DNA of 57,021 nucleotides, filler included, from Basidiobolus ranarum (GCA_040143965.1; 5 parts of 5 records of this genome joined end to end with filler, not necessarily neighbours in it); one strand, 5' to 3'; positions 37,916-50,216 are shown, numbered from the whole stretch's first letter. Program-made: numbers and translations. The notes: a model not told the origin generated them from the letters alone.

Positions 37916-39442
37916 CTATTGCTGCTTGCATTCCTGTGGCTTTTGTTCATTTGAATGGGACTCGTCTTCGCTTCCTTCGTCCGATTCAAGACCTTCTTCG
38001 TCATCGGTAGTATCGTCGTAAAACTGTTCCTCCTCATAGTCCATTCCAAAGTCCTCGTACTGTAATGCTTTACCAGTGAACCAGTCAATGGCATGTGGGA
38101 TGATTTTCTCTTTGAACTCCTCTCCCAATTCATAGTCTGCCTCTAATCTCTCGCTGAGTTCACGCTCTTCGACCTCAGTGATGTTAGACACATCAGGAAC
38201 CACGATGGGTGTGAAGAAGTGGAAGAAGGTATCAGCTTGAACGGTCTTCTTGACTATACGGGTTTGGTTGGTTCCCTTGTGCTTTTGCTTCTTAGACTCA
38301 ACTGTGGTACTAAGGTCCTTACCCTCCTTCCATTGAATCTCAGTTCTAAAATAGACATTTATATGCGTAAGTCTTCGTTGTGTTTCGTAGCAAAAGTGAT
38401 CAACTTACCCTTCAGCGTGGTCAAAGACCAAATCTCCACTGGTAGTGGATTCTTGGTAGAAGTAAGATTTGGTGAGAATTGTATTAGTGAAGTATTCATT
38501 CTCCTCAAACTCGAATTCCAATTTGAAGCCCTGTATTACATGAGAAAGTCAGTACAAAATACACAGAGAGCGTGAGGTGGGTTAGTGTGTGCAGGAATAC
38601 TAACTGGATTGTTCTCAAGGTATCCTAATCTAATATCCATCAAATGACTCAATACACTCTCGTCTGTGGTAGTGATCATTTCAGCAAGATGTACGTGATT
38701 CTTTAATACAGTAAGCCAGAATCCAGGTACACCCTTGGTTTGACCATCCTTTCCAACTGATTCCTTTCCTTCCTCGAGTTCTTCAACAAGCTCCTCATCT
38801 GCTTGCTTACCAGATTCCACCTCTTCTTCGGTAGGCTCTGCTTTACCAGTAACGAACTGTTGTCTTTTCTCATAATAAGGACGATAAAGTTCGAGGTATT
38901 TCTTTTCCAGTTCCAGAATCTCCTCGTGAAACTTCAATTCGAGTTCAGCGTGTTTAGTCTATTTAAAAGGGGACCAAATAAAAAGGTTTAGTAAAAACCA
39001 AGGAACTAGTAAAAACCAAAGTTATTTCAAACATACCTGAAGGTGTTTTAACCCATAAATTCGACGTTTAACTTCTTCTGGAAGGTTTTTCATATTTTGT
39101 TCACTTTCTTCCATAAAAGAACCAAGTTTTCCTTGAAGGTTTTGAAATAGTTGTTGGTCTCCGTTAGAGTCGGCCACTTCTTCGTCTAGTTTAGATAAAC
39201 TAGAAGGTCTCATGGAAGAATTTATCGGTGCAAAAAAGCTGGGTGTATTATTCGGAGTGGGTGCTGTCCAGTCAGAATTTCTGGACTTGGCTTTGATGTC
39301 AACTAATAATAAGCAAAACCACAAGTCAGTTGATATGAAAAGTAAACAAAGAAACCTCTCCCATCAAGAGATTCTCTCCTAAAGAGAAGCAATGTTCCAA
39401 AAGAAAAGCAAGAGAAAACAAGGTACCTGGTTTATGATCCAT
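37916..39442 (-). CDS. NAP1: Nucleosome assembly protein 1, multi-exon
   Basis: [74 protein letters not shown], acidic tail ending ECKQQ. Confidence 0.95.
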
Positions 39443-40313
39443 ATTTTATGTCTTAAAAGAACGGTATAAAAAAATGGGTGGGAAATGTACAACAAAAACT
39501 ACTTGCGTGAAAGAAACCAAATATGACCAAAAGAAAGAGTTTCCGTTAAAAGTGAGTTTTACTTCGAATTGGAAAAATAAAGTTGAGAAAAAATGGGTGT
39601 GGAAATTGGTTAGGTTTTTTCCATTTCCAAAAACATTCCGGTAAGGGTGGGTATGGTTAGGGTGATTAGGGTGGGTACTCTGGATTCCTATTAGATTCCT
39701 ATTAGATTCTTACTAATGTTGATGGATTAGATATCTTGCCCTCATATCCTGCATTATTAATTCCGAAATATATCATCTCGTTCTCTCACTTTCCCCTAAA
39801 ATTCCCCCTGCGGTAATTATCGATTTATGGGAGGTGCTCTTTTGACTGGTGGATTCCAAGTCACACATCAATATTAAGGATCAAATTAATGAGTGGAAAG
39901 AGGGTGGCTCTCCTTGATTGGTGCCTCAAGAGGTGAGTTTGATCAACGTAAGGTGGATCAATGGTGGTTAGATCTTGGGGAATCCTTCCATGCAATACTG
40001 AGAAATCTAGGATCTCTTCACACCTAAGAGCAAGACCAATTGAAGGCCAGAAAATGCTTCCCACATATTAGCCATTCCAAGATCATTCAAATTAAGCAGA
40101 TGTGAATGTGACGGCTTCAACAGCTGTTATTGGAATAATGCCCTATGAGCCATTCGAAGACTTTTATTTGGTTTAGCATTCACAGCACTGCAACATATTT
40201 AATACTCTTATCCCAAGACAATAACAAAATCAATTGGCATTGGTAAACAATTTATGAACTTTCGCAGAAAGAAGAACGAGTCAATGAAACGTAATAGTCT
40301 AGAACTTCCTTGC

Positions 40314-42659
40314 TTACAATTTCTTGATATCCTTGAGTCTCCACATGCTGGATGGAAGGGCTATAGAATAATGGGTTTAGTTGAAGCGAACTAACACAAC
40401 TTACATAGAACAATTATAATTAGACTACCTTCTATAGAGCGGATCTGGCGAATAATGAATCCAAACAGAAGAACCGCCCCTATAGCCACACTGAGTGCAC
40501 TCACAAGGAAATAACCATCAACAGTTGTGGCGCATGATCCTGACATCTTCACACATCTATCCTTGGCTGCTTCGGCTACACACGAGAAGGCTGAGACAAT
40601 CACGAGTTAGAATCCAATGACACAATTAGATATTTAGAAGAGCCATACTAGTATTGTCAGGTAGAGTACATGTGGCCTCTGTGAAATAGTCAACGGCCTC
40701 CAAAACGAAGAACTTGGGCCATGTACCCCCAAGGTTGCTGATGGTATTCAGAAGCTGTAGATTGCCCATTTTTAGAACAACATTCCTTTAGATCATCAAT
40801 GATAGAGTGTGTCACTTACTGTCATATATGTACCACCGATGGCTGGATCAGAAATTGACGTGATAAACGCAGAAATACTCACAAATTGAACCGTACTAAT
40901 AATGATAATGAGGTCAAATTCCGTTTGTACCATGTTGTTCTTAAAAAACACACTACCTTGCAAACGAACTTAAAACAGTCGACGCAATAACGACGGCGAG
41001 ATACGAATTGGTAACACCACCGGAGGGATATATATAAACAACCCACATTCCGATGCTGGCAAATATCAACCGCAAATAAAATGCGTAGAGCCACTGATTT
41101 CGTTAAAAATAGGATCAGTATCCGGTGCGGTCAAAGCAATCCCGAACTAACATACCGGTTTTAAAGGACGTGGTCCATTGCTCCATTTGGCCGCGTAATA
41201 GCCAACGACTATTTGGATCGGGAAGTCAATCAAAACCGCAAGGGCGAGGTCTTCCTTATGAAAGCCCTTCTCCAACAGCTTTAATCCAGTAACTGCATCG
41301 TTGGCTATGAATCCAATCTTGGCAATCAACATGACGCCCAAGAATCGCTTCATATCTAATGGTTGAGTTAAGGATAAACGAGAATTCAAAAACCGACATT
41401 TCTGTCATGGGTTAAACACACAAAAGGATACGAGGTAGAGAGCAAATGCTGATCATAGTACGGTATACCGACTTCACATCTGTATGTTCATCATCCTCCT
41501 CATCCGATGGTTCCTACGAGCAGTAAAATCAAATGAGTTTTGGTTCAGTGAATGGATTACTAAGTGGATCATGTGTACCTCGCGTTTGACAACTATGAGC
41601 CATACAGTAACCAATAGATACATGGCAGCCCAGAATGTAAAATAACCACCAAGTGAGATAACACCAGTATCTGCGGAAATAGAGCGGAGGTACTTATTAC
41701 TAAACACCTATTGTTAGATACGTATTTAAGCAACATAAATTTATCTCAGTTTTACCAAAATTCTGGAGAGTTCATTGCAAGAAAAACGGTGAACGAGAGA
41801 AAGTAACCAGTGTTTAAGCCAATGGTTTGAGAGGTAGAAGCGTAAGATAAGTTTTCCTTTGACAACAAGGTCAATGCCCACCCTAATATGCAATCTACGT
41901 TACATTCAAAATTCATTTACCGGACCAACAATATCAAAAGTACCAACCATCAACGGCAATATCTATAGTATCAAGCAAGAAGAGTTTAGTGTTGAGAGTT
42001 GAATTATCAATAAAGAGGTTTACAAACCTTGAGTAGCGCACAGTAGGATCAAGGAGAAAAAGATAAAGGTCAGACCGTATACTTTGACCTCATCCTGTGG
42101 AAAAGGATTTTGGTAAGTCAGAAGAAACGAAGAGAGAATAAAGTGTGCTGTGTGTTGGTACCATTTCATTCATTAAACTCTCTATGTTAGCACCCAACCA
42201 GAAGAACATAGCACTGGTAATAAGTTGTATGGGAACAATCCACGTCTTTCTCCTTCCAATAGTTTTAGAGTAAATGGAGTCTACAACGGGGGACCAGAGC
42301 AGCTTTAAACTGTAAGGATAACCAGCGAGTGAAAATATACCAATTTGAGAGTAACTCATTTTCGATTTGAGTAAGAAAGGAATGCTTCCCAACGTAAGGC
42401 CAACGGGGATACCTTGTAGTAAATCTACGTAATATTGACGAGTAACCTGGTTAAAAGTTATACACGATTAAATGCAAGAAACGCTCTACATACACAGGAT
42501 TATTAAAAGTGTGATATTCCCGGCATCGCTCTTTACTTTGGGTTCTTTTTTTTCTGAAAGAAACGCCTCAGCCTTGATTGGTTCTTCAAGAGATTGCACC
42601 TGGCCATCTAAACTCTTAACCTCCTCACTACTGGAAGGTTTGGCTGAATCAATCGACAT
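40314..42659 (-). CDS. Acetyl-CoA transporter 1 (SLC33A1/AT-1-like MFS), many introns
   Basis: YLLQGIPVGLTLGSIPFLL, YPYSLKLLWSPVVDS, GRRKTWIVP, CATQDIAVDGWAL, ISDPAIGGTYMT|LLNTISNLGGTWP and DGYF. Confidence 0.92.
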
Positions 42660-43603
42660 CAATGGGTATGCTGTAGTGTATGATATTATCCAACAATAAG
42701 TAGCTAGAGAAGAAATTAAATAAAAAGTTTGGTGGGTTGTATGGATAACGTAGGTCTAACGTTGTCAAATATCTATGATGAAAAGGGGAACACGACTGGC
42801 AAGAAATCAAATTCTCCACACACAAACCACTACAATTGATGGAACTTTGGGTAATTTCTATGGTAAATGGATATTTGTGAATCTCTACAATAACTTATTA
42901 TATCACTAGGATATTGTAGCGTTGGTGCCAATGAACTTAGCCAATGGTCGCCCAACACGCTTAATTCCCATCTCCTTTTCCCATTCCCTCCTCACGTTCT
43001 TTACACACCCAATGCTCTAAAAGAATGAGTGGATTAGTAATCTACCAAAATTAACCAGAGTAGGTACCAAATAACACTGCTCTAATTGGCCGAAGCAATT
43101 AAGGGTGAAGTAACTTGGCCTTGTACATTTCCTATACCATACGTTCAGAGCCATACGTTCAGAGCATACAAGCGCATTTGTGCATTGTTTCTAATAATAT
43201 AAAGGCCTGTATACGCTTCCTAACCAACCCATGTTTCGTCCTCTGTAAGTGACGTCGATTACGATTAAGTTTGGAGTTCATGCTGCATCTATTCGTGTTT
43301 AAGCCCTCTACTAGGTCGATCCAACCTAAAGAGAGATCCATTGGTTATAAATGATAGTAGGGTTTGACCTCATTGTGACAGGTACATTTAAGCCAATAGT
43401 CATTGCTATTTAAATTATGGTAATGATGAACCACATGAATTGAAATGCTCCCCGAGATTTCAAAAGAAAAAAAAGAATTGAATCACAGTGCACGTGACAC
43501 GGTTTGTTGTGAGCGAGTCAGTGGGTTATGAGTGCAAAGAGTTTGCTAGAGGTTGGTTCTTTCTCTCGTTTCTTTCGTGGCCAATTTTATCCCGTTCCTC
43601 AAT

Positions 43604-44029
43604 ATGGCTGTCGCTCCAAGATCTGGTATCATCGCCGGTGCTAACAAGGGTCACATCACCACCCGTCGTGAATTGAAGGTCAAGCCTTCCCACAAGAAGG
43701 GCGTAAGTATTTATTTATATATTCTCACACCACTCTAATGAGTTGGATGCATCGCATGTTAGCGATGGATTTATCTCTTCATTATCAACAACCAATGCTA
43801 ATGTACATGCTTTTAGGTTGCTTCCAACCGTGTCAAGTTCGTTCGTGAAATTGTCCGTGAAGTTGCTGGTTTCGCACCTTATGAACGTCGTATTCTTGAA
43901 TTGTTGAAGAACTCCAAGGATAAGCGTGCTCGTAAGCTCGCCAAGAAGAGACTTGGTACATTCATCCGTGCCAAGGCTAAGGTCGAGGAGATGTCCAACG
44001 TTATTGCTGAATCTCGTCGTGCTCATTAA
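43604..44029 (+). CDS. RPL36: 60S ribosomal protein L36 (eL36), one intron 43703-43816
   Basis: [11 protein letters not shown]...|[59 protein letters not shown]. Confidence 0.97.
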
Positions 44030-45084
44030 GTTTTCTTTGGATTTACTTCAAAAGGGAAAGTTAGGATGGATTCGATATTTCCACTAAAATGAAAGCATCT
44101 TCCTCTATCCAAAATTCCTTCTGATTACTCCACGAAATCTACTTTTGTCACATTCACTAGTTTGAATTTCTTCAAATAAATATCATCTCTTTTGGATGAC
44201 TTCAAATTTCCATATTGAATTCTAGTTTATATCTAGCTAAGAGAGCAGCCATTCGTCAAAGTTGCTGGTTTATTCTAGTGCTTGTTAAAAGTCTCATACA
44301 TGAGTGAGTTAAGTGAAACTGGTCTAAACTTGCTATGGTGCCAATCCGAAACTCTAGCGACTTGACTATCAATTAATGATTGATATCTATTTGATCAATT
44401 TTAGTCAATGATTAATCACTGAAGAGAATATTCCTGAATATCCAAGCTATATCAAGTTGGAGACTTGAAGTCGATCAAAAATTCATTCGCACTGCACTCT
44501 TGCCCTTCCAATCACCACCTATAAGATTCCACATAATATATTATAGAATCAGCAAGTAATGGATCCTTCTGTGAAGCCATACATTTTTCCTACTAAGCCT
44601 TCGTATATTTTACGATCAGTACATTCCCTCTTCAATTACGGTGGCTTAGCTGAATATAAATTACTAAGCCACTGAATGATTAGGATTGTAATGTTTCGAT
44701 AACGATCGAATCATACGCTTCAATACAACTGTGGTTTTATTATAGTGAGAAGCATAAATAGGAGATAGTTATATCTAAAAACAAAGGTTTGTAGACCAAA
44801 AAGAGGCCCCTCCCCAAAATATCATATGACTAAAGTCAATTCAAGTGTAAAATGGGTGGCTGATGATCATTTGTAGTGATACATCACCATATCACGTCAA
44901 TATAGATAATCCAACACATAGGTACACCATTATTCCATGCCATAAGTCGTCATTTAGTAAATTCCTTCTTTTTTTTTCTATAAATTCCAAACCGCTGCTT
45001 AGACATTTCAATATCTCAAAGCTATTATCAGCTTCGAACACCAAGAACCCTTTAATCCTCCCCCTTATAAAGTTTTTCGAAAAT

Positions 45085-45622
45085 ATGAACCGCGGTAACT
45101 TTGGTCGTAAATCTTCTCGCTATGGGGATAACCAACCTGAAAGTCGGGAAGAGATGCGTGAGCGTTACGGTCTTGACCAATCTTATGAGCGTGAAAGAAG
45201 AATGGGCAATCGTAGTGGCATGAATGATGAGTATAACCAAGGTGAAAAGTTTGGTCGTCGTTATGACGAAGATATGGAATATGGACGTGGTCGCATGGGT
45301 CAAAGATATGGACGTCGTTACGAAGAAGGAATGGAGTATGGACGCGGCCGTATGGGTCAAAGATATGGTCGTGGTGAAGATATGGAGTATGGTCGTGGCC
45401 GTATGGGTCAAAGATATGGCCGTGACGAAGATATGGAGTATGGCCGTGGCCGTATGGGTCAGAGATATGGTCGTGGTGAAGAAGGTGAAGGTATGGAGTA
45501 TGGCCGTGGCCATATGGGTCAAAGATATGGACGCCGTTACGATGAGGATATGGAATATGGTCGAGGTCGCATGGGACTAGTGGACGGCCGGCGGGAAGGG
45601 GTGGGTGTGGATTTTGGTGGGG
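45085..45622 (+). CDS. Disordered Gly/Arg/Tyr/Met/Glu tandem-repeat protein, 3' truncated
   Basis: ATG at 45085; six copies of (E/D)xMEYGRG(R/H)MG(QRYGR) with synonymous variation between units; TATAAA at ~44979. Confidence 0.7.
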
Positions 45623-45722
45623 NNNNNNNNNNNNNNNNNNNNNNNNNNNNNNNNNNNNNNNNNNNNTTAATTAATTAANNNNNNNNNNNNNNNNNNNNNN
45701 NNNNNNNNNNNNNNNNNNNNNN
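45623..45722. other. Artificial contig-joining spacer
   Basis: N44-TTAATTAATTAA-N44. Confidence 0.98.
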
Positions 45723-46067
45723 GACACGGGGCCGATCCAATTTTCAGGTACTTCATGAGCACGCAAGATTACTAGAGCTCCAATCAACCCGTGGTGCTTA
45801 TGATTCCGATACTCTGCTAGAGACTACGATTTGGATCATTTACTGGAACAGGGACGGCAAATGGTTCAGGAACAAGTTGCTTGGGTAGCCCATTATGCAA
45901 ATGAAGCTGAATACGCTCTCCAACTCGGCCTCGAATAATCAGTGGCTCAACTTTGTTTCCTTTTATATTGAAGCATTCTCGGTTCTTTGACTTGATGATC
46001 TTCGGTGACCGTGGCTCCTGATACCCTGTCAAGCAGTAAATCAAGCGGTAAATCAAACCATAAGGAT
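45723..46067 (-). pseudogene. Fragment of a third MnxG-like multicopper oxidase copy (pseudogene)
   Basis: Near-identical to ~50794-51289 but with a ~160-bp deletion, a 12-bp duplication and truncation by an LTR at 46068. Confidence 0.88.
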
Positions 46068-46387
46068 TGTTAAAGTATTTGGGAGCCTGTTGGAAGTGGT
46101 TTGGTGAATTAGAGAAATTGGTGGTTTTCACTTATTGATTTATTGAGTATTCAGTTGACATTTATAGTTTTGTCAAGATGTAAACAAACAAGCATGTAGA
46201 ATGTGTTAAGAAAGGTCCTAGGAACATGTGTGCAAAGTTTGGGGCTTCTAGCACAAGTTATCAAAATCTATATATCTTCAAACTTTTAAGTAAATTCCTC
46301 TTGAGGTGATATCTTAGTTCAATATGGAATAACTAAACACTAAGCTATATATGACTATATAGATCTTAGGCTATACCAATTTTAACA
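46068..46387 (-). mobile_element. Copia-type LTR (~320 bp, TGTTAA...TTAACA)
   Basis: Inverted termini TG...CA; reverse complement of 46935-47283. Confidence 0.8.
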
Positions 46388-46774
46388 TTTAATAGTCCTA
46401 ATTGGTAAAACAGATTTAGGAATATTTGTGTCTAGACTCATATCTATATATGCTCTTCTCAATTCTAAATCTTTATTCCTGATATCTTCTCTGTATGTTA
46501 AAGCCTAATAAATATATATGATAGTATACCTATACCTCAAGATCTTTGTTGATATCCATCTGCTTTAGGTGTAAGATAATAATTGTCTAAAATCATTCTT
46601 GCTAATTTTGGTAGAATACATATCTATAGGTTTAAGAGCAATAGAAGAATAATGTCAATATCCAACAAAATATATTTAAGATATATTGTCCAGAAATATG
46701 GATATCTGAAAGCACTCAAACAATGTTTCAAACCTGGATATCTCTATATAGTTAAGGAAATAAATACTCAGGGT

Positions 46775-46934
46775 AGTAAGATGTATACTCACGTTAAATC
46801 CTATACTGATACAAACTTGGTGGCTAAAAGTTACGCAGCATCTGTTCATATATTCAAGTCCAAAGTATCTGGAGAATGAAAATACAGCCAAGCAACAGGA
46901 AATTGGGTATAATACAGATGGATAGAGTGATCCT
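46775..46934 (+). pseudogene. Inverted upstream continuation of the MnxG-like pseudogene
   Basis: Reads FKSKVSGE*KY then AKQQEIGYNTDG*SDP versus FKSKVSGERKYFVTAKRQEIVYNTDGWSDP in the intact genes, but on the opposite strand. Confidence 0.8.
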
Positions 46935-47283
46935 TGTTGAAATTAGCATTGCCTAAACACCTATATAGTCATATATAGCTTAGTATTTAGTTATCCTATA
47001 TTGAACAAAGATATTATTCATTATTCTCATAAGGAATTTACTTAGAAGTTTGAAGATATATAGATTTTGATAACTTGAGCTAGAAGCCCCAAACTCTGCA
47101 CACATGTTCCTGAGACCCTCCTTAACACATTCTACACATTAGTTTGTTTACATTTTGACAAAACTATAAATGTCAACTGAATACTCAATAAATCAATAAG
47201 TGAAAACCACTTCATGTCAACTGAATACTCAATAAATCAATAAGTGAAAACCACTTCCAACAAACTCTCAAAATACTTCAACA
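46935..47283 (+). mobile_element. Copia-type LTR (TGTTGA...TCAACA) with an internal 44-bp tandem duplication
   Basis: Canonical TGTTG...CAACA ends; ATGTCAACTGAATACTCAATAAATCAATAAGTGAAAACCACTTC at 47170 and 47214. Confidence 0.82.
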
Positions 47284-47472
47284 CCCTTGACATGTTTTCT
47301 AAAGAAATTTAGGAGCCAAAAAAACCTCTCCGAAGAACATGGTATTTCTACGAAATGGATTTATGGTAACAGAAATGAAGACGCACTTTTTTTTTGGTGG
47401 CAAGAAAATTTTCTCATTCGCGTTTGCAGAATCAATTCAGCATTATCATCCTCACAACTTAAATTTCAACCG

Positions 47473-48213
47473 ATGACAAGCGAGCTCATTCTCTACCTTG
47501 AGCCGAGTAGGCACTCTGCGCTCTCAGCACAAACTCAGCAATTTTACGAGGCTAGTCGACTACAGCCTTTTTCTAACAATGAAGCTCTACGATATCCAAT
47601 CCATTCCACAATGGTTGGATTCTTTAATCGCCCGATCTCTCCGTCTGCTCCCTTACCCGATGGACTCGGATCTCTGATTGAATACCTCGAAAATTCGATA
47701 CCTCGCCTTTCTCAATCTCTGAAATCTCAACCGTTTCAATCTCTCGATGGAGTTCAAACAAAACCTCCCGTGTTGATTCAGGGTTACGTCCGTCCCAGTC
47801 CAGACTCTCTCTTGATCGCTCTTCTCCCTTCAGATGAACTCTCTGAACTTGTACTCGATCTCTGTCAACAATTCCCTTCTTTAGGTCTACGGCTGAAACG
47901 GATCAACCATCTGTCACTTTGTTACTGGGATGCATCTGAAATGATTCGGAGAAATGCCATGTCTGAGAAGGAGCAATCCCAACGTGCTCGTTGGGTCGAT
48001 CAGGCATATGCATTAGCATATGAAAAGATTCCAATGTTACGACCTCTTTGCAATCAGGAAGACGATCAATCTCAGGTTCAACAGCAACAAGAGCAGCGAA
48101 GTAGATATGTGTTGAATGAGTCTTGGGATATTGTTCTATACGAGATTCTGGGTCGGGATAAAACCAATGATCTTCCTTACCCGCTTCAGGAACTCAAACG
48201 GTGGACACTATGA
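47473..48213 (+). CDS. 2H phosphoesterase-like protein (UBASH3/cyclic phosphodiesterase-type), intronless
   Basis: MTSELILYLEP...NEALRYPIHSTMVGFF (HxT) and RINHLSLCY (HxS) give the two catalytic 2H motifs. Confidence 0.65.
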   Translation: MTSELILYLEPSRHSALSAQTQQFYEASRLQPFSNNEALRYPIHSTMVGFFNRPISPSAPLPDGLGSLIEYLENSIPRLSQSLKSQPFQSLDGVQTKPPVLIQGYVRPSPDSLLIALLPSDELSELVLDLCQQFPSLGLRLKRINHLSLCYWDASEMIRRNAMSEKEQSQRARWVDQAYALAYEKIPMLRPLCNQEDDQSQVQQQQEQRSRYVLNESWDIVLYEILGRDKTNDLPYPLQELKRWTL

Positions 48214-48929
48214 GTGATTTGATAGTGCTTTATAGACTACACGAAGTCATTTAATCATATTCATTACGTTATTATTATTGACACCAAACGAGTCTGAACA
48301 ACAGATGGATGTATTTGTGTTATTAAGCATTCAATAAATGGTAGCTGGTGAAGATGGCGGTGGCACTAAAGATATGGAATTTGATGTATAGAGTTTGGAC
48401 CCTTTGAAAGTATATAGTGGTTACCCTAACCGGTCACCAGTTGAGGTAACCAGTAAAACACCAATCCAACTTATAGATCAAGTATTAATACGACATGGCA
48501 GAGTATTACCCTATTAAAAAAAATTGGTGCTCTCCGTGCTTCTTCATTCTTCAATTAAATAGGTTCTGCACTGCTGCGATGCCACTCCAATATCAGACCA
48601 AGGTGAGACGTAAATTAGATTTTATGGTAACGGATAGCGAAGACAATTCGAGCTCGAAATAATAAAGGTATTTTGCCACGCCATGGAAAAATAACTATTA
48701 TTACTGGTGACTTCCGATTACTACTGATGATTTTTCTTCTGGCTAACCAGTGGACCTAACAAGTAAATTCATATGACTCGTTTAATATTTCAAGTATTTG
48801 ATGTCTTCTGTTTCTCATCTTGTGCTACTCACTCGGAACGCGTTACTAACTTGCTAATTGGGAAATAAAGAACTAGCAACGCTTGGTCACTGATCAGGGA
48901 AGTGATTCATGCATCGGAAGTGCAGGAGA

Positions 48930-49660
48930 TTGTCCACATATGAATGAGGGTACTTCTACACACCTTCACGTTCAAGTACTAAATATGGACATGCTGGCCT
49001 TAGTATCCGATGCGTAGACAGTCAAAGTTGATGGGTCATGTCGCGTCTTGCATACAGAGTATAGCAAAAAAGAGTATAGCAAGCGATTGTCTTGAGGAGA
49101 TCTTTTAATATATGCTTGCATGATGCGCCATATAGATTGAACTAAGGTGAGTGCAAGCTCAACATACGAAGACGATTGGTTGCAAATTTAGGCAAAGATA
49201 TTGTCACCTTCTGCTTGATATCGTCTCTGAAGGTGTTCGATAGCCAGGCTGCGCTTGTGAAGGCCTACGGAAAAGATTGCAAGTGTCACCAGTGTTTAGA
49301 ATGAGATAAAGAATTAGGCTTTATTCTCGCTTATAGAGATGAGCCTATTTCAACAGTCTGAAGTCGTCACGGAAGAAGGCGCGATGGATATTAACTAACC
49401 AGAAATGACTGTAAAGACTAGCATTTTTAAGAGAAAGGCGCAAGCAGAGTCTGTTATCAAGGATAAAGACGGAGCTCCTCCTCAGTCAAAGAATACCACT
49501 CGAGAGCTTTTGGTCAAGTGGAAGAACATGTCCTACAGAAAGGTGACTAGGGTACCATACTATTGAGTCAGCCAGGTTGTCAAGATCAGGACATTCTGGA
49601 AAAAGACTACTGAACCTGCTAAATTGTCTGATGTGATTGCTGAAGATTGGACTATAAAAT
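48930..49660 (+). pseudogene. Degenerate PHD-finger plus chromodomain fragment (CHD/Mit1-like)
   Basis: 49263ff AYGKDCKCHQCLE*DKELGFILAYR; 49501ff RELLVKWKNMSYRKVTRVPYY*VSQV; later DVIAEDWT; frameshifts and stops. Confidence 0.5.
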
Positions 49661-50216
49661 TGAGTTGGAAAGCACCTCATCTTATATATTACTAAAGCGT
49701 TAATATCATTAGCAGCGTTTCATGTTTTTTGACTTGAAAATATGAGGGATTTTGGCCTTAAGAGTTTGTATACACCTATAGGCTCAGGGCTATATCTAGT
49801 TGAAACATACAATATATCAGTTGCAGCAAACTCATTTCAATCCAGGTAGTCAAGGCTTACGGATCCTTGAATTTGAAACTTTAGAGGGAATATTTGCCAT
49901 AGACCTGGTTGTTTGACTATCGTATCGGCGCATGACCCAATCAGCAATATCTTTACCAGCAGGCATTGATATATTCATCCGTATAAATGGCACAAGGATG
50001 GATATTGATAGCAAAGAGAACGCTCTACAATAACGAACTTGTATATAAAGCACTTCCTATGTTCCTGCAGGATTGTTCCATACTAAAGTTACAATAAGAA
50101 ATGAAGTCAGGTAGTAGGAAAAGGTATAAGAGGCAATAATATTATGTTAAACATGTATAGTGCACTCGAATCTCTATGTTACTACAAAACTCAATAATAT
50201 CCAAATAATCAACATA

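Noticed and set aside
39656-39712. TTAGGG-like motifs and an 11-bp GATTCCTATTA repeat in the NAP1 upstream region
   Set aside because: Too few copies for a telomere; may be promoter elements but cannot be supported from this window alone
45052-45580. Thr/His-rich antisense ORF and Val/Trp-rich +1 ORF
   Set aside because: Shadows of the MEYGRGRMG repeat; synonymous variation fits the Gly/Arg frame
11340-45722. Regular ~11.4-kb periodicity of TTAATTAATTAA palindromes and apparent gene neighbourhoods across them
   Set aside because: These are artificial linkers between size-sorted contigs (11339, 11334, 11326, 11323, 11299 bp); no synteny can be inferred across them
46583-46879. 98-aa plus-strand ORF between the LTRs as a cargo gene
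   Set aside because: Chimeric: AT-rich degenerate DNA fused to the inverted oxidase pseudogene fragment, ending at a premature stop
46068-47283. Foldback/MITE or MULE element with ~330-bp terminal inverted repeats
   Set aside because: Each arm has its own TGTT...AACA ends and occurs singly elsewhere; they are two LTRs in opposite orientation
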